Below, piece by piece: positions 55,401 to 63,637 of a stretch of 64,000 nt of DNA. The DNA comes from a virus. Lineage: Duplodnaviria > Caudoviricetes. The position numbers were made by a program, and so were the translations under genes. How positions within the stretch are numbered: position 1 is the first letter of the stretch; each line of letters starts with the position of its first letter. The notes beneath the pieces are model-generated. The model ran no database searches. It was not told where the DNA came from and saw nothing but the letters and a program-made list of their open reading frames with translations. The DNA is taken from positions 2,076-66,075 of IMG/VR virus record IMGVR_UViG_3300037349_000099. One strand, 5' to 3'.

Positions 55401-56362
55401 GGCTCAAAGCCAGTTTGGAAAGGGCAAGTGACGGTTCCGCTGGTTGGAATGGTGAAGCCCGTGGCAAAGGTCTGCTCACTCTGCCCCGCATAAGCGTTAT
55501 AGCAGCGCACAGCCTCCTGAGAACTCGTCTGTCCGCCCACGCCTCCGTTCGTTACCGTATTTCCCAGCAGAAGCGCGAGCTGGTTTGGGAAAGAGACAAA
55601 CGTATAATCTTCCCCGCCGGCCGTCAAACTATTGCCACACGCATACGCAGTTCCCACCGCGGTCAACGGAGCCGTGGTCACCACAGCGTTGCCAAACGTG
55701 CCGGTGCCGGTGCAGGTGATGTTTCCTACCGCGCTCGCTACGCACCCGGTTGGTAGATAGCCGCCGGTAGCCACATAAGCACTGCCGTTCCAGGTGTAAA
55801 CAACTGCACTCGCAGTGCGCTCATCGAAGATCGAAACGGATGCGTTTCCTGCCGCTGCGGTAATCATCCCCGTAGTGCCGCCAAGCAACGCCCAGTCGGG
55901 GCTAAGAACGACCGTATAAACAGTGGTGCCAGCCCAGTTGATAGCTTCCTGGAGTCCTGCCGTCGCCGAAGCGTAGTGGTAAGTCGTGTGGGGATTGACC
56001 GGCGCGATAGTAATAGCGCAGCTCCCCATGTTGCCTGGTGCCGGTTGGGTGATCGTCACCGCGGTTGGTGTAACAATCTCTGTCGCCGAGGGGTTCCCGG
56101 TATCAACAATGGTGATTGGAGTGCCGACCTTAAAGGCCAGGAAGGTCACTCCAACCGTGTTCGCGTAGCAGTATGAGGGCGAGTTCCATGAATAAGTCCC
56201 AAGATTCCCCTGCGGAACCTGCCATTGTCCGAAGTTAGAGGCATATAGCAGGCCGGCAAAGTTTCCTTCCGTCGTTCTGGCCAGTGGAGGCGTAACTGGC
56301 GGAGTCTGAGCGAACGATGCAGCGCAGCCCAACATCAGCAACCAGCAAAATAGCTTCTTCAT
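52454..56362 (-). CDS. Signal-peptide tailspike/adhesin-like protein with SGNH hydrolase domain
   Basis: MKKLFCWLLMLGCAASFA|Q; GNSLT, GVGGQTS, RNN, DPLH; T/G/S-rich fibre-like repeats. Confidence 0.75.
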   Translation of the reverse strand: MKKLFCWLLMLGCAASFAQTPPVTPPLARTTEGNFAGLLYASNFGQWQVPQGNLGTYSWNSPSYCYANTVGVTFLAFKVGTPITIVDTGNPSATEIVTPTAVTITQPAPGNMGSCAITIAPVNPHTTYHYASATAGLQEAINWAGTTVYTVVLSPDWALLGGTTGMITAAAGNASVSIFDERTASAVVYTWNGSAYVATGGYLPTGCVASAVGNITCTGTGTFGNAVVTTAPLTAVGTAYACGNSLTAGGEDYTFVSFPNQLALLLGNTVTNGGVGGQTSSQEAVRCYNAYAGQSEQTFATGFTIPTSGTVTCPFQTGFEPGAISSQGVLITTVVSGVTYTLSAAASNVCTPQTYPASPVVVPSGNAWLSVLPPNVANGFNVLWLCRNNLVSTTQCLADYAAVIAALPSPKRFLVLAEINSSYEIPTTTGYNEVIAMNAALQAAYPNNYFDIRHALVEQYNPAIPADVIDFNNDTPPTSLRAGDGQGALTTTMSDTTSCTFTVTVSPAGIGNGVKMLIDSENIAVTATSGDNVTGCIRGYNGSTAATHAIGAHYLGTDPLHLGSNQVVAPGLQSNGLTYVAQQVYAWMLANDPIAKNLAPTAQVVQQTSGSTQLYQIAPNVCNLVENTQLPTGNIIRVDMSVCTTITAEIYFPFTLEPINILPGQRLTFNYFQGGSPHNVTLSTNSFVGDSLGAYDPLWLSLQPYEGGSVTWVANAGTATAPLFIESAMPTNYAYNWTPQSIALGTSGACTGTINLNASYMFQHCGLTGNTTFVVPTAGIGSVPFIDLDVRNNSGFTWSVSTSSTIPISFSSVAGSIHLVNDSQGYGWFVSGYTGDEQYYIGNAVSGSVTAPLVKNLSFTMAGNVTMTLPAPANQDMNITFVQCPATNCTFTFANPPQNTANCAPTNTGASAITTIHLFSVISSFWACTSSVPGTTWPTSGDAVISNGTNTPAGVAEVDGDCMVGSAGAWTAGGCSSGSTGISGATSGQALIAGSATTATSSKALAGSGAGLTTGPTTAVSGDVAGMTGTGGQIQDLGTPAALVTSGGGVTALCKYYGLGTNTGGTAETQISGTTCTIPSGTLAATSTAKIDAWFDACDGYQTPFSTCGWLVSITAISGGSIAGTGTVTLSGFNNGCTSSTGTVTLASGVFSSAVVNTAGNSCTAPPTSATCTSGSGATCSGTVTITTTASGVNTGTCNPRVYFSASSTGIAGSGPSKNIGAGYNVVAHTPSHFLGAVRNENSVSAQQLTGYLAATNTGEGGLTTFEAFNTGTTQYYINFSMQNSVATDYCGLIGYDVTLIP

Positions 56363-56459
56363 TGTCGCGGGATCCTCCAGAACGAAAACAGAAAGAGCAC
56401 AGGCGGCCCAACCCCGGCAAAAGGGCCGAACCGCCTGCTTTACTCCCCTCGTAAGGGAC

Positions 56460-58091
56460 TTAGTTGCTGGGATAGATGGACAACTGCCTGATCTGGCCAG
56501 CCGTGATTCCGGTCGTAGTCGGAGTCAAGGTGATGGCAATTTGATCTTGCTTGGTCAGATCGAGGGTCGAGGACACGGCGTAGATGTTGTCCTGAGTCAC
56601 TGAAGCAACAGCGGTGCCAGCCAGGCCGTAACCTACCCAGCCATGTACCTCAAGGGTGCCGGATGTGCCGGTTGCCGCGGTGGTGATGGTGACGCAGCCA
56701 TTGAAGGGAACAGTGGCCGAGCCAGTGGTTGTGCCCGAGACCACACTGAATGGGGTGATGGTTGTCACGCCAGGAATCGAGGAGATGGTTCCCTTGATCG
56801 TCAAGGTGCCAGTCGTGGCGTTGGTAACCGCATTGCCGTTGAAGCAGGCCTCCAGCGACCGGCCGAGGACGTTGAGATAGCCAGCGGGGATGTTCACGAG
56901 CGCCAAGGTACCGGTGGCTGTGCTGGCCACGGTGCCAAGAGCGGTAAACGGAGGCCATGAACCAGATGAGCCAGTGAGCCGCGGGTAAGCGGTGCCGATG
57001 GCGGGTTCAGTCGCTGTGCCGGTCACAACGGCCGTGATAGTGACCGATGCGCCGATGGGGCAGACAGTGGCAGGCGGGAATACCGACTGGTTCGCAATCG
57101 TGGCTGTCGAGGAGCAAGTCGGGGTGTAGAGAATCCCTGAACCAGCAGCGCCGCTCGCCGCTGTCATGTAAATGCGCCATCCAACCGCCCCGGTTGCCGC
57201 TGCTGGGCTTGTGACCGTGATGGTGTTGGTCGCGGTGCCGGATCCAGTTGCGATAGTTGCACTGGATGCCGAATCGGTCGAAATCAGCGTCTCACCGCCG
57301 GATGCGTCAACGTAAGTTGCGGCCAAGCGATAGGTAGAGCTGGCCGGAATCGTGCCGCCTGTGGTTGCCGTAGTGATGATTCCGTTGGTTGTCGAGGATG
57401 TCGAGAGCGCAGTTGGCGCGCTGATGAGGGTGTAGCTCGACACCTTGGCATTGGGGAAAGCCGTGGTTGTGCCAGAGCCGGAGTAACCTGTGCCGTTGTA
57501 GGTATAGAAGGTGAACGGCTGAGTCGTATTGTCAATCACCACCGCATTGGCATTGCCGGTCAGCGCCGCAAGGATGCTCGCCGGAGTAGTCGGGCTGGGA
57601 AGCGCATTGGCCAGCGCGTACCAGTTGCGATCAATCCAGATCATCGTCTTGTATGGCGCTGTGGAGCTGACCGAGTTCACCGCCTCCTGGAGCCCGCCGG
57701 TGCCCGACGTGACATAGAACCCGTAGTGGGTATTGGCGAGAGACGCCGCGAATCCGCAGGATGCATTGGTGTTCGTCACCGATGAGGGGGTCACAATCTC
57801 ATTGAGGGCCGGGTTGACCTGATCGATGACCTCAACCGGCTCAGTGGTGGCGAAGGCAAAGAACTGCGGAGCCGTGCCGACGGCGCCAATCTGGCAGATT
57901 GAGCCGGGGTTCCAGGAATAGGTGCCTGACGTCTGGCTGTGAATGCTGTACTGGCCGAAGTCGGAAGCGAATAGCCAGCGTTGGAGGTAGGATTGACCCT
58001 GCTGCGCATCCGCCACTGGGGCCGCGCACAAGGCGACCATAGCGACGAGCGCGACTACGACGAAACCCGAAGCAGATTTGATTGAGCGCAT
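56460..58091 (-). CDS. Signal-peptide T/S/G-rich structural-like protein, paralog of the 52454 N-domain
   Basis: Hydrophobic leader ending ADA|Q; shared AS.FGQ..GTYSWN..NP...EIVTP..GLQEA.N domain. Confidence 0.75.
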   Translation of the reverse strand: MRSIKSASGFVVVALVAMVALCAAPVADAQQGQSYLQRWLFASDFGQYSIHSQTSGTYSWNPGSICQIGAVGTAPQFFAFATTEPVEVIDQVNPALNEIVTPSSVTNTNASCGFAASLANTHYGFYVTSGTGGLQEAVNSVSSTAPYKTMIWIDRNWYALANALPSPTTPASILAALTGNANAVVIDNTTQPFTFYTYNGTGYSGSGTTTAFPNAKVSSYTLISAPTALSTSSTTNGIITTATTGGTIPASSTYRLAATYVDASGGETLISTDSASSATIATGSGTATNTITVTSPAAATGAVGWRIYMTAASGAAGSGILYTPTCSSTATIANQSVFPPATVCPIGASVTITAVVTGTATEPAIGTAYPRLTGSSGSWPPFTALGTVASTATGTLALVNIPAGYLNVLGRSLEACFNGNAVTNATTGTLTIKGTISSIPGVTTITPFSVVSGTTTGSATVPFNGCVTITTAATGTSGTLEVHGWVGYGLAGTAVASVTQDNIYAVSSTLDLTKQDQIAITLTPTTTGITAGQIRQLSIYPSN

Positions 58092-58139
58092 GGTGACGAT
58101 TCTCCTTGGAATGGGTTAGATGTTGAGTTGTGGACCCCG

Positions 58140-58664
58140 CTACCAGCTAATTGTGACCTGGGAGGGAGACGTGAGAGCCATGGTGAAACCAGTCGTGCCA
58201 CCGCCGCCGAGGAACTCGCGGAACTCAAGCGTGTTGAGATTGGTGACGCCGGTGCAATGTGGGGTGGGGTAGGTGTAGCTAACTGCGCTACCGACGCTTC
58301 CGCTGCCAATGGCAATTGCGTTCCAGGTGCTGCCACCATCGCAGCTCACTTGGACTTGTCCTGTTCCGCCGCCCGAGGTTCCGCCGATGGTCATGCTGGC
58401 GTCATGCGTCGAATTGAACGCCAGCGTGCCGGAAACTACCTGCGAACTAGGTGAAATCGTCCCCGACGTGTAGGAACAGGTCATTCCCGAGCAGGTGATC
58501 GTGCCAAGGGCGGTGAGTGAGAAGGTCGATGTGCTGGTGCTGGTGCCGCTGCTCGTGGTCCTTCCTGTGGCGCCGACGGCTTGAGCATAGGCCGCATCGG
58601 CGCAGCCATGCCCCGTGGCCGCCAGTACGAGGCTGGCCAGGATGATGAGAAGCCGTCTCGTCAT
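58140..58664 (-). CDS. Signal-peptide small beta-rich protein
   Basis: MTRRLLIILASLVLA...AYA|Q; VSCDGGSTW (BNR-like). Confidence 0.7.
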   Translation of the reverse strand: MTRRLLIILASLVLAATGHGCADAAYAQAVGATGRTTSSGTSTSTSTFSLTALGTITCSGMTCSYTSGTISPSSQVVSGTLAFNSTHDASMTIGGTSGGGTGQVQVSCDGGSTWNAIAIGSGSVGSAVSYTYPTPHCTGVTNLNTLEFREFLGGGGTTGFTMALTSPSQVTISW

Positions 58665-58939
58665 CAGTTGCCACCCAAGGGATAGCTGCCACCATCTGGG
58701 TCGTATCGATTGCCGATCAACCCGGTCCGCTCGCTTTTCCCTCCGCCAATTTGCCCTATTGATTTGGCTGGAACGTTCAATTTGCGCTTGGCGATAATCT
58801 TGCGCGCTCTCCGGATGGAGATGAAATTACGCCACCCCTGTTGAGTCGTCAAAGATAAGAGCAGCCAAATAAAGTTGTGCAGTTTTGTTTCTTTGAACCA
58901 TAGCCACTCCTCCCAAGCCAGCCGCAGCCTCTCGCGCAT
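58664..58939 (-). CDS. Hypothetical basic protein
   Basis: Fills the gap exactly between two secreted-protein genes. Confidence 0.55.
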   Translation of the reverse strand: MRERLRLAWEEWLWFKETKLHNFIWLLLSLTTQQGWRNFISIRRARKIIAKRKLNVPAKSIGQIGGGKSERTGLIGNRYDPDGGSYPLGGN

Positions 58940-60262
58940 TTAGTTGACCCCCACATTGAGAACAATGGCCGTCGGGGTGATGCTGCCCGAGGTCTGATTG
59001 CAAATGGCCCAGTCGACCGTGTTGGGCGACGCATCCGGCCACAACTCCACGACCAGACCGCCATTCGCGCCCCAGCCCGTTGCCGCGACCGGGCTAGTGG
59101 CAAAGGCCGTCGAGAACGTAGATGTCGATGTAACACCTGCCAGGGTTGCCGTGCTGGTCGATGAGCAGGTGTTGGCCGTGATCAGCGTCGCGGGCAGGGA
59201 GAGTTGAACCTTGGGGATGGCCAGACCGACGTTCGTGCGCGTGTGGCTCGAGTCGTCCACCGCCGTTAATGGCGCGAGGAAGTTGAGAATCGGCTCCTGG
59301 GCGACCGCGGATCCAGCCGCCTGCACGGTCTGGTAGTGGTTTCCGCACAAGATCGGCGTGTCGTAGTACGATCCATCCGACCCGAGGCAGTATCCAGCCG
59401 TGCCCCCAGAGCCGTTGATCTTGTATCCGCCCGCCGTCATCCAGTAGGAGCCGAGGCTCAACACGCCGGAGATGGACTGATTTGTGTGATTGAGCGGAGA
59501 TGCGAGGATCGGAACCGGGTAGGTGACGACGCCGTGGTAGTACGGCAGGCCATTGGAGAGATTGATGGTCGTGTTCGGTCCGAGCAACTGCCAGACCATT
59601 GGGTAGCCCGGCTGGGTGTTGCCGTTGGGATCCGTGATTGAGACGGTGTAACCGGTGCCGACCGGCCAGATGGCGTCATTGGCGACCTCTTTGCAGATCG
59701 TGTTGTTCGACACAGGGACGGCCGCGCCCGTGACCAGAGGGATGGACTGGGTGTAGACGCCATTGCCTACGACCGAGCCCTGCAACGTCTCAGCGCCGGA
59801 TGTGGTCGAGATGTAGACATTGTAGCCAGTCACGCCGGCCGGGAGTCCTCCAGCCGGCAGAGCAACCTGCAGATTGCCCTGGGCTGTGAGCTGCGCCGTG
59901 GTCTCAGGAGAAACCAGCGTGACCGTGCCGGTCGATGTATACCAGGCGTAGACGACGAAGTAGTTGCCGGCTGACAGGGTGCCGCCTGAGTAGGCCGCTG
60001 TGTTGGTCGTACCGGTGAGCGGGTTGGTGATGCCTACAACTGAGCCGTCGACGCTGGTGGCGCAATAGGTCTGGGTGTTGACAACAACTCCCGACCCGCC
60101 TATAAAACCCCACTGTGTTGGCGTGAAACTGATCGTGTAGTTCGATGTTGGAAGGCCGTTCGAGGATTGGAGAGTGCCGGTAAGGGTCGCGTACTGGGCG
60201 TAGGCGCACTCGGCTAAGACAGCCATCAACATCCAGACCAGCCCTATCAGCCACTTTTTCAC
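58940..60262 (-). CDS. Signal-peptide tail-fibre-like protein
   Basis: GTG start with AAGGAG RBS; MKKWLIGLVWMLMAVLAECAYA|Q; GYNVYI...GAETLQ module; C-terminal ICNQTSGSITP. Confidence 0.75.
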   Translation of the reverse strand: MKKWLIGLVWMLMAVLAECAYAQYATLTGTLQSSNGLPTSNYTISFTPTQWGFIGGSGVVVNTQTYCATSVDGSVVGITNPLTGTTNTAAYSGGTLSAGNYFVVYAWYTSTGTVTLVSPETTAQLTAQGNLQVALPAGGLPAGVTGYNVYISTTSGAETLQGSVVGNGVYTQSIPLVTGAAVPVSNNTICKEVANDAIWPVGTGYTVSITDPNGNTQPGYPMVWQLLGPNTTINLSNGLPYYHGVVTYPVPILASPLNHTNQSISGVLSLGSYWMTAGGYKINGSGGTAGYCLGSDGSYYDTPILCGNHYQTVQAAGSAVAQEPILNFLAPLTAVDDSSHTRTNVGLAIPKVQLSLPATLITANTCSSTSTATLAGVTSTSTFSTAFATSPVAATGWGANGGLVVELWPDASPNTVDWAICNQTSGSITPTAIVLNVGVN

Positions 60263-60329
60263 TGTGGTCTCCTTTGCTCAGAAATTCCCACTCGCCCCTC
60301 ACTACACTGCACAACAGAAGGAGATTCCG

Positions 60330-60488
60330 ATGCTTCCGACACCGAAACCCCCTACCGCTGGTCCCTCAGGCCGAATGACCCAAAGCCCATCGAATACCAA
60401 ACCGCCCCAACACCCGCACATCAGCGACAGAACCCTCGCCGAATACCGCAGCAGCTACGGGATGATGACCGGACCCATGCGACGCTGA
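60330..60488 (+). CDS. Small Pro-rich ORF antisense to the late region
   Basis: GAAGGAG RBS; fills the gap between - strand genes. Confidence 0.35.
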   Translation: MLPTPKPPTAGPSGRMTQSPSNTKPPQHPHISDRTLAEYRSSYGMMTGPMRR

Positions 60489-60489
60489 G

Positions 60490-60873
60490 TTACAGCGTCG
60501 CGACCAACTCCTGAGCGGGCTGCTGTTCCTCGTCCTTGCCAAGCACGATCGACAACCGCGGAGCCTTCACCGGTGTGGCAGCTTGGGCCTGCTCCCGCAT
60601 GATCTGGGCCGCGATGTCCTGCTCCCGCTTCACCTGGGCCTCGGCGTGCGCCTTGCGCGCGTCGGCCATAGCAGCCTCTTGCGCCTTGATCTGCGCCTCC
60701 TGAACCTGGTTATCCAGCTCCACCTTGCGGTGCTCGACCATCCCGCGCAGCATGTTCATCACGATGGCGTGGGTGTGCAGGGGGAGCTTCTCAAGCTCCA
60801 GGTGCATCTTCTTGGCGATGCCGAAAATCACTTCGCTCGGCGGTGCTGCGGGCTGCGCTGCGGTGCTGCTCAT
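60490..60873 (-). CDS. Hypothetical coiled-coil protein
   Basis: AAGGAG RBS, ATGA overlap. Confidence 0.7.
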   Translation of the reverse strand: MSSTAAQPAAPPSEVIFGIAKKMHLELEKLPLHTHAIVMNMLRGMVEHRKVELDNQVQEAQIKAQEAAMADARKAHAEAQVKREQDIAAQIMREQAQAATPVKAPRLSIVLGKDEEQQPAQELVATL

Positions 60874-61019
60874 AGGTGGTTCTCCTTCGGCTTGCTCTCC
60901 AGCTCCGGCTGGTTGAAGTCTTCCACGGGCTGGCATTTGGCCGACGCCAGCATGATGTAGAGGATCAAGCCGACGTAGAACACGATCATCGCGAGGCCGA
61001 GCCAGCCGTAAACGCTCAT
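60870..61019 (-). CDS. 49-aa membrane peptide (not in ORF track)
   Basis: MSVYGWLGLAMIVFYVGLILYIMLASAK...; ATGA overlaps at both ends. Confidence 0.65.
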   Translation of the reverse strand: MSVYGWLGLAMIVFYVGLILYIMLASAKCQPVEDFNQPELESKPKENHL

Positions 61020-61333
61020 GCCGTCGCCCGCCGGACAGGTCCAACAAACGGATACTGCGGGCTCCGATACTCACGCGCCTGGCGCGCAATACAATCATCC
61101 TTGAACTGCATACATGGCTCGTGGTCCATCTCAATCAGCTCCCGCCAAAGCAGGAGATTCAGCGGGTCGCCCTTGATCCTGACCGGCGGTTGACCCTGCT
61201 TGATGACAGCGAATATCGGGATTTCGACCATCTCAAAGCAGCCCATACACTCAAGCGCACCGAGCCGCTCATGATGGTAAAGCAGGCTTTTTACCGGGTT
61301 TTCCGCCGTGCTACGGGTCGTCCGAGTGTCCAT
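61016..61333 (-). CDS. Hypothetical protein (CxxC, HxxC)
   Basis: AGGAG RBS. Confidence 0.65.
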   Translation of the reverse strand: MDTRTTRSTAENPVKSLLYHHERLGALECMGCFEMVEIPIFAVIKQGQPPVRIKGDPLNLLLWRELIEMDHEPCMQFKDDCIARQAREYRSPQYPFVGPVRRATA

Positions 61334-61421
61334 CGGTCGCTCCTGGAGCCTTGTAGAGCCTGTTTTTGATTACAATTACTCGTCGTGGGCCGGTTTGACG
61401 CTGCTCTGCTCCAACCAGCCC

Positions 61422-61883
61422 CTAGCCGCGGGAAGCAGCAGAAACCCCGGCGCCGACCTCTCTCTGTTGGATGCCACGCCGCTCGAGCTGGCTCATGCCG
61501 GAGCCAAGGGGGACGAGCTGCATTGACCCTCTGACGCCCTTCCAGTGGCGCGGATCGACAAAAGCGGCCACGTTCTGGGCCTTGGCGTCTCCCACCCAGC
61601 GCAGCATCCCGAGCTTAACCATCCGCTCGATCTCCTTGCGCGTGTGGTGCGCGTGTGTGCAGCCTGGACCGAAGCATGGCTGGCTGATTGCATACTCTTC
61701 GAGCCATCCTGCATCCCTGGTCGAGAGCAGGCACACCCGCCGGCGTTGCTTGGCCGCTCCACGGATCCGGCTGTTGAGGCTCTGCTCGGGCTGCTTGCGC
61801 TTCTGGCCATCATGCCGGTACACCCGGCCACGAACATGAGTGATTACACGAAAGCCGGTCGTCACAGTCTCAACGTGAGCCAT
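61422..61883 (-). CDS. Hypothetical basic protein, first gene of the late region
   Basis: GGAGG RBS before ATG 61883; C....C.H.H motif. Confidence 0.65.
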   Translation of the reverse strand: MAHVETVTTGFRVITHVRGRVYRHDGQKRKQPEQSLNSRIRGAAKQRRRVCLLSTRDAGWLEEYAISQPCFGPGCTHAHHTRKEIERMVKLGMLRWVGDAKAQNVAAFVDPRHWKGVRGSMQLVPLGSGMSQLERRGIQQREVGAGVSAASRG

Positions 61884-61896
61884 GAGCCTCCAAAGC

Positions 61897-61925
61897 AAAA
61901 GGGGAGAAGCCGAAGCTCCTCCCCC
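61897..61925 (-). terminator. Terminator hairpin with UUCG loop
   Basis: GGGGAGGAGC-TTCG-GCTTCTCCCC-TTTT on the - strand. Confidence 0.7.
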
Positions 61926-62019
61926 GTTTAGCTGCTGGTCCCTTGCCACCCCACTCGATTCGACCATCGAGACATTCAACGGAGTTCAGCGTCTCCAGCC
62001 TGCGAAATGGGGTACTGTC

Positions 62020-62220
62020 TTAATTCCGTGTTGCATCGGGTTGTGAGCTTCCGGGCCACGGTGCGCCATCAGCAATTTTCTTGCGGATGATTTGAGTCGT
62101 TTGTTTCCAACTTGCCAGTTCCCTGCTTGCATTGCGGAGACCGTCTTCTGCGTCAAGGAGAGCCTGCTCCCACATTTTTACAGAATAATTGACATTTGTA
62201 TTGACAATTTTAGTTGACAT
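62020..62220 (-). CDS. Small coiled-coil protein of the IS element
   Basis: Stop lies inside the left IR; ends G.PWPG. Confidence 0.55.
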   Translation of the reverse strand: MSTKIVNTNVNYSVKMWEQALLDAEDGLRNASRELASWKQTTQIIRKKIADGAPWPGSSQPDATRN

Positions 62221-62236
62221 ATTCTAATCTCCTTCC

Positions 62237-62734
62237 ATGACACTTGAAACCTACAAAGAGTCGTTGAAGCAGGCCAAGTTGGATTTGACGAAGGCCATAG
62301 CTGATCTTGGCGATGCGGAGGCGAAAGCCGAACGTGCGAACAAGCAGATTGCAGAATTGCGTCAGACGGTTACTGTTCTGAGCCGCCTCTGCGGAGAGCC
62401 TGAGTTTGTCGAAGAGGATACGCTCGGTCTGACTGAAGTGATTCGGTTGGCATATAAGAGTGCCGTTGGAGGCCCAGGTATGACCCTTCAGGATGTGAAG
62501 GAACGCATCGACAGCATGGGCTATGCAGGCCGGTGGGGAAACCTTCTGGCCTCGGTTCACACAGTTACAAAACGCCTTCTTGCCAAGGGCGATGTGGAGC
62601 CCGCTGGAAATGTCAATGGGAAGGATACCTACTGCTGGTCTGGAAGATCGACGGACCCCGCTCCCGATAAGTCCAAGGTTGATCGGAAGCTGCAAGTGGA
62701 GTATTTCAAGCAGAAGACCAGACACATTCTGTGA
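62237..62734 (+). CDS. Coiled-coil plus winged-HTH regulator
   Basis: GLTEVIR.......MT..DV..RI...GY......LASVHTV.KRL...G.V. Confidence 0.75.
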   Translation: MTLETYKESLKQAKLDLTKAIADLGDAEAKAERANKQIAELRQTVTVLSRLCGEPEFVEEDTLGLTEVIRLAYKSAVGGPGMTLQDVKERIDSMGYAGRWGNLLASVHTVTKRLLAKGDVEPAGNVNGKDTYCWSGRSTDPAPDKSKVDRKLQVEYFKQKTRHIL

Positions 62735-62803
62735 CTTTGGCACTAAATACGAACGCCCGGTGTCTTGAACACACCGGGACGCTCGGGAAAGGAGGAAACC
62801 GCA

Positions 62804-62878
62804 ATGCGCATCACGATTAAGATCACGCGTACTGAGGCTGGTGAAACGATAGAAATCATCGTAGAACCACCGGGGTAG
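62804..62878 (+). CDS. 24-aa peptide MRITIKITRTEAGETIEIIVEPPG
   Basis: AAGGAGG RBS; flanked by hairpins. Confidence 0.55.
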   Translation: MRITIKITRTEAGETIEIIVEPPG

Positions 62879-63013
62879 GTATAGCCCCTTAATCAACGCC
62901 CCGCTTCCTGCGCTAACAGGTCGCGGGGCTAATCCAAAGCGCGGAGTGAGCCACGCCCTAGACCCATAGATAGTGTGGCTCTTTTCTCCGCTCAACGCAA
63001 GGAGAAAAAGCCC

Positions 63014-63148
63014 ATGACCTGCATCCGCTGCAAGCACAATACCGCCTATAAGTTCGGCACCTACGGCAAGCGGAGCCCTGGCGATGCCTACCAGTTCATT
63101 TCCGAATTGGCGAATCGTGTTCAAGGCTATTTTCAACTCACCACCGAA
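63014..63148 (+). pseudogene. Internally deleted IS1-family transposase
   Basis: MTCIRC...KFGTYGKR (zinc-ribbon start) fused directly to SPGDAYQFISELANRV.G.FQLTT (catalytic-core fragment). Confidence 0.7.
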
Positions 63149-63277
63149 GCGAACTGCTTTCTGGGACCGTATAACAGCGGTTCAATCAACTCGAAGGAAC
63201 GAGCACTGGACAGACCTAATGCATCTGCCCAGTATTTTGCTTGGATCACACCACAAATCGGAATAAGGAGAAGAAAC

Positions 63278-63637
63278 ATGCCTTCATTTGGAACAGGTTC
63301 AGATATCTCGCTACCAGACGCCAACCTGATACTTAACAAATTCATAAAAGAATCTACTAGGCTCAGGTTGTTGTTTATCGGGAATGTGAATGCATTTTCT
63401 TGTGGACTAGCTGGGGTTTTGCGCGCACACTCAGCGACGCTGCTCGTAATCACTCCCGAGGGAGTGACTGGGCCCACATTCTTTACCTTCAACCCGGCGA
63501 CAGCCTCTGGTTTCAAATATGCGTCTGGACGCGCTCTACCTGGCCTTCCCCTTCCGGTGGATGAGAAATTCGAATCTGACCTAGCTTTCATCTACCCAGA
63601 CTCCTCCCAAGTACATCTACTGGAAATCGCGGAATAG
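63278..63637 (+). CDS. Passenger hypothetical protein
   Basis: TAAGGAG RBS; ends just inside the right IR. Confidence 0.65.
   Translation: MPSFGTGSDISLPDANLILNKFIKESTRLRLLFIGNVNAFSCGLAGVLRAHSATLLVITPEGVTGPTFFTFNPATASGFKYASGRALPGLPLPVDEKFESDLAFIYPDSSQVHLLEIAE

Noticed and set aside
52454-60262. Diversity-generating retroelement or invertible tail-fibre cassette
   Set aside because: No reverse transcriptase, invertase or near-identical TR/VR repeat pair seen.
62210-63136. 308-aa - strand ORF
   Set aside because: Antisense to the wHTH gene, peptide and transposase relic, which have better signals.
62975-63637. Single 220-aa protein
   Set aside because: Better explained as the transposase relic in frame with a separate passenger gene that has its own RBS at 63278.
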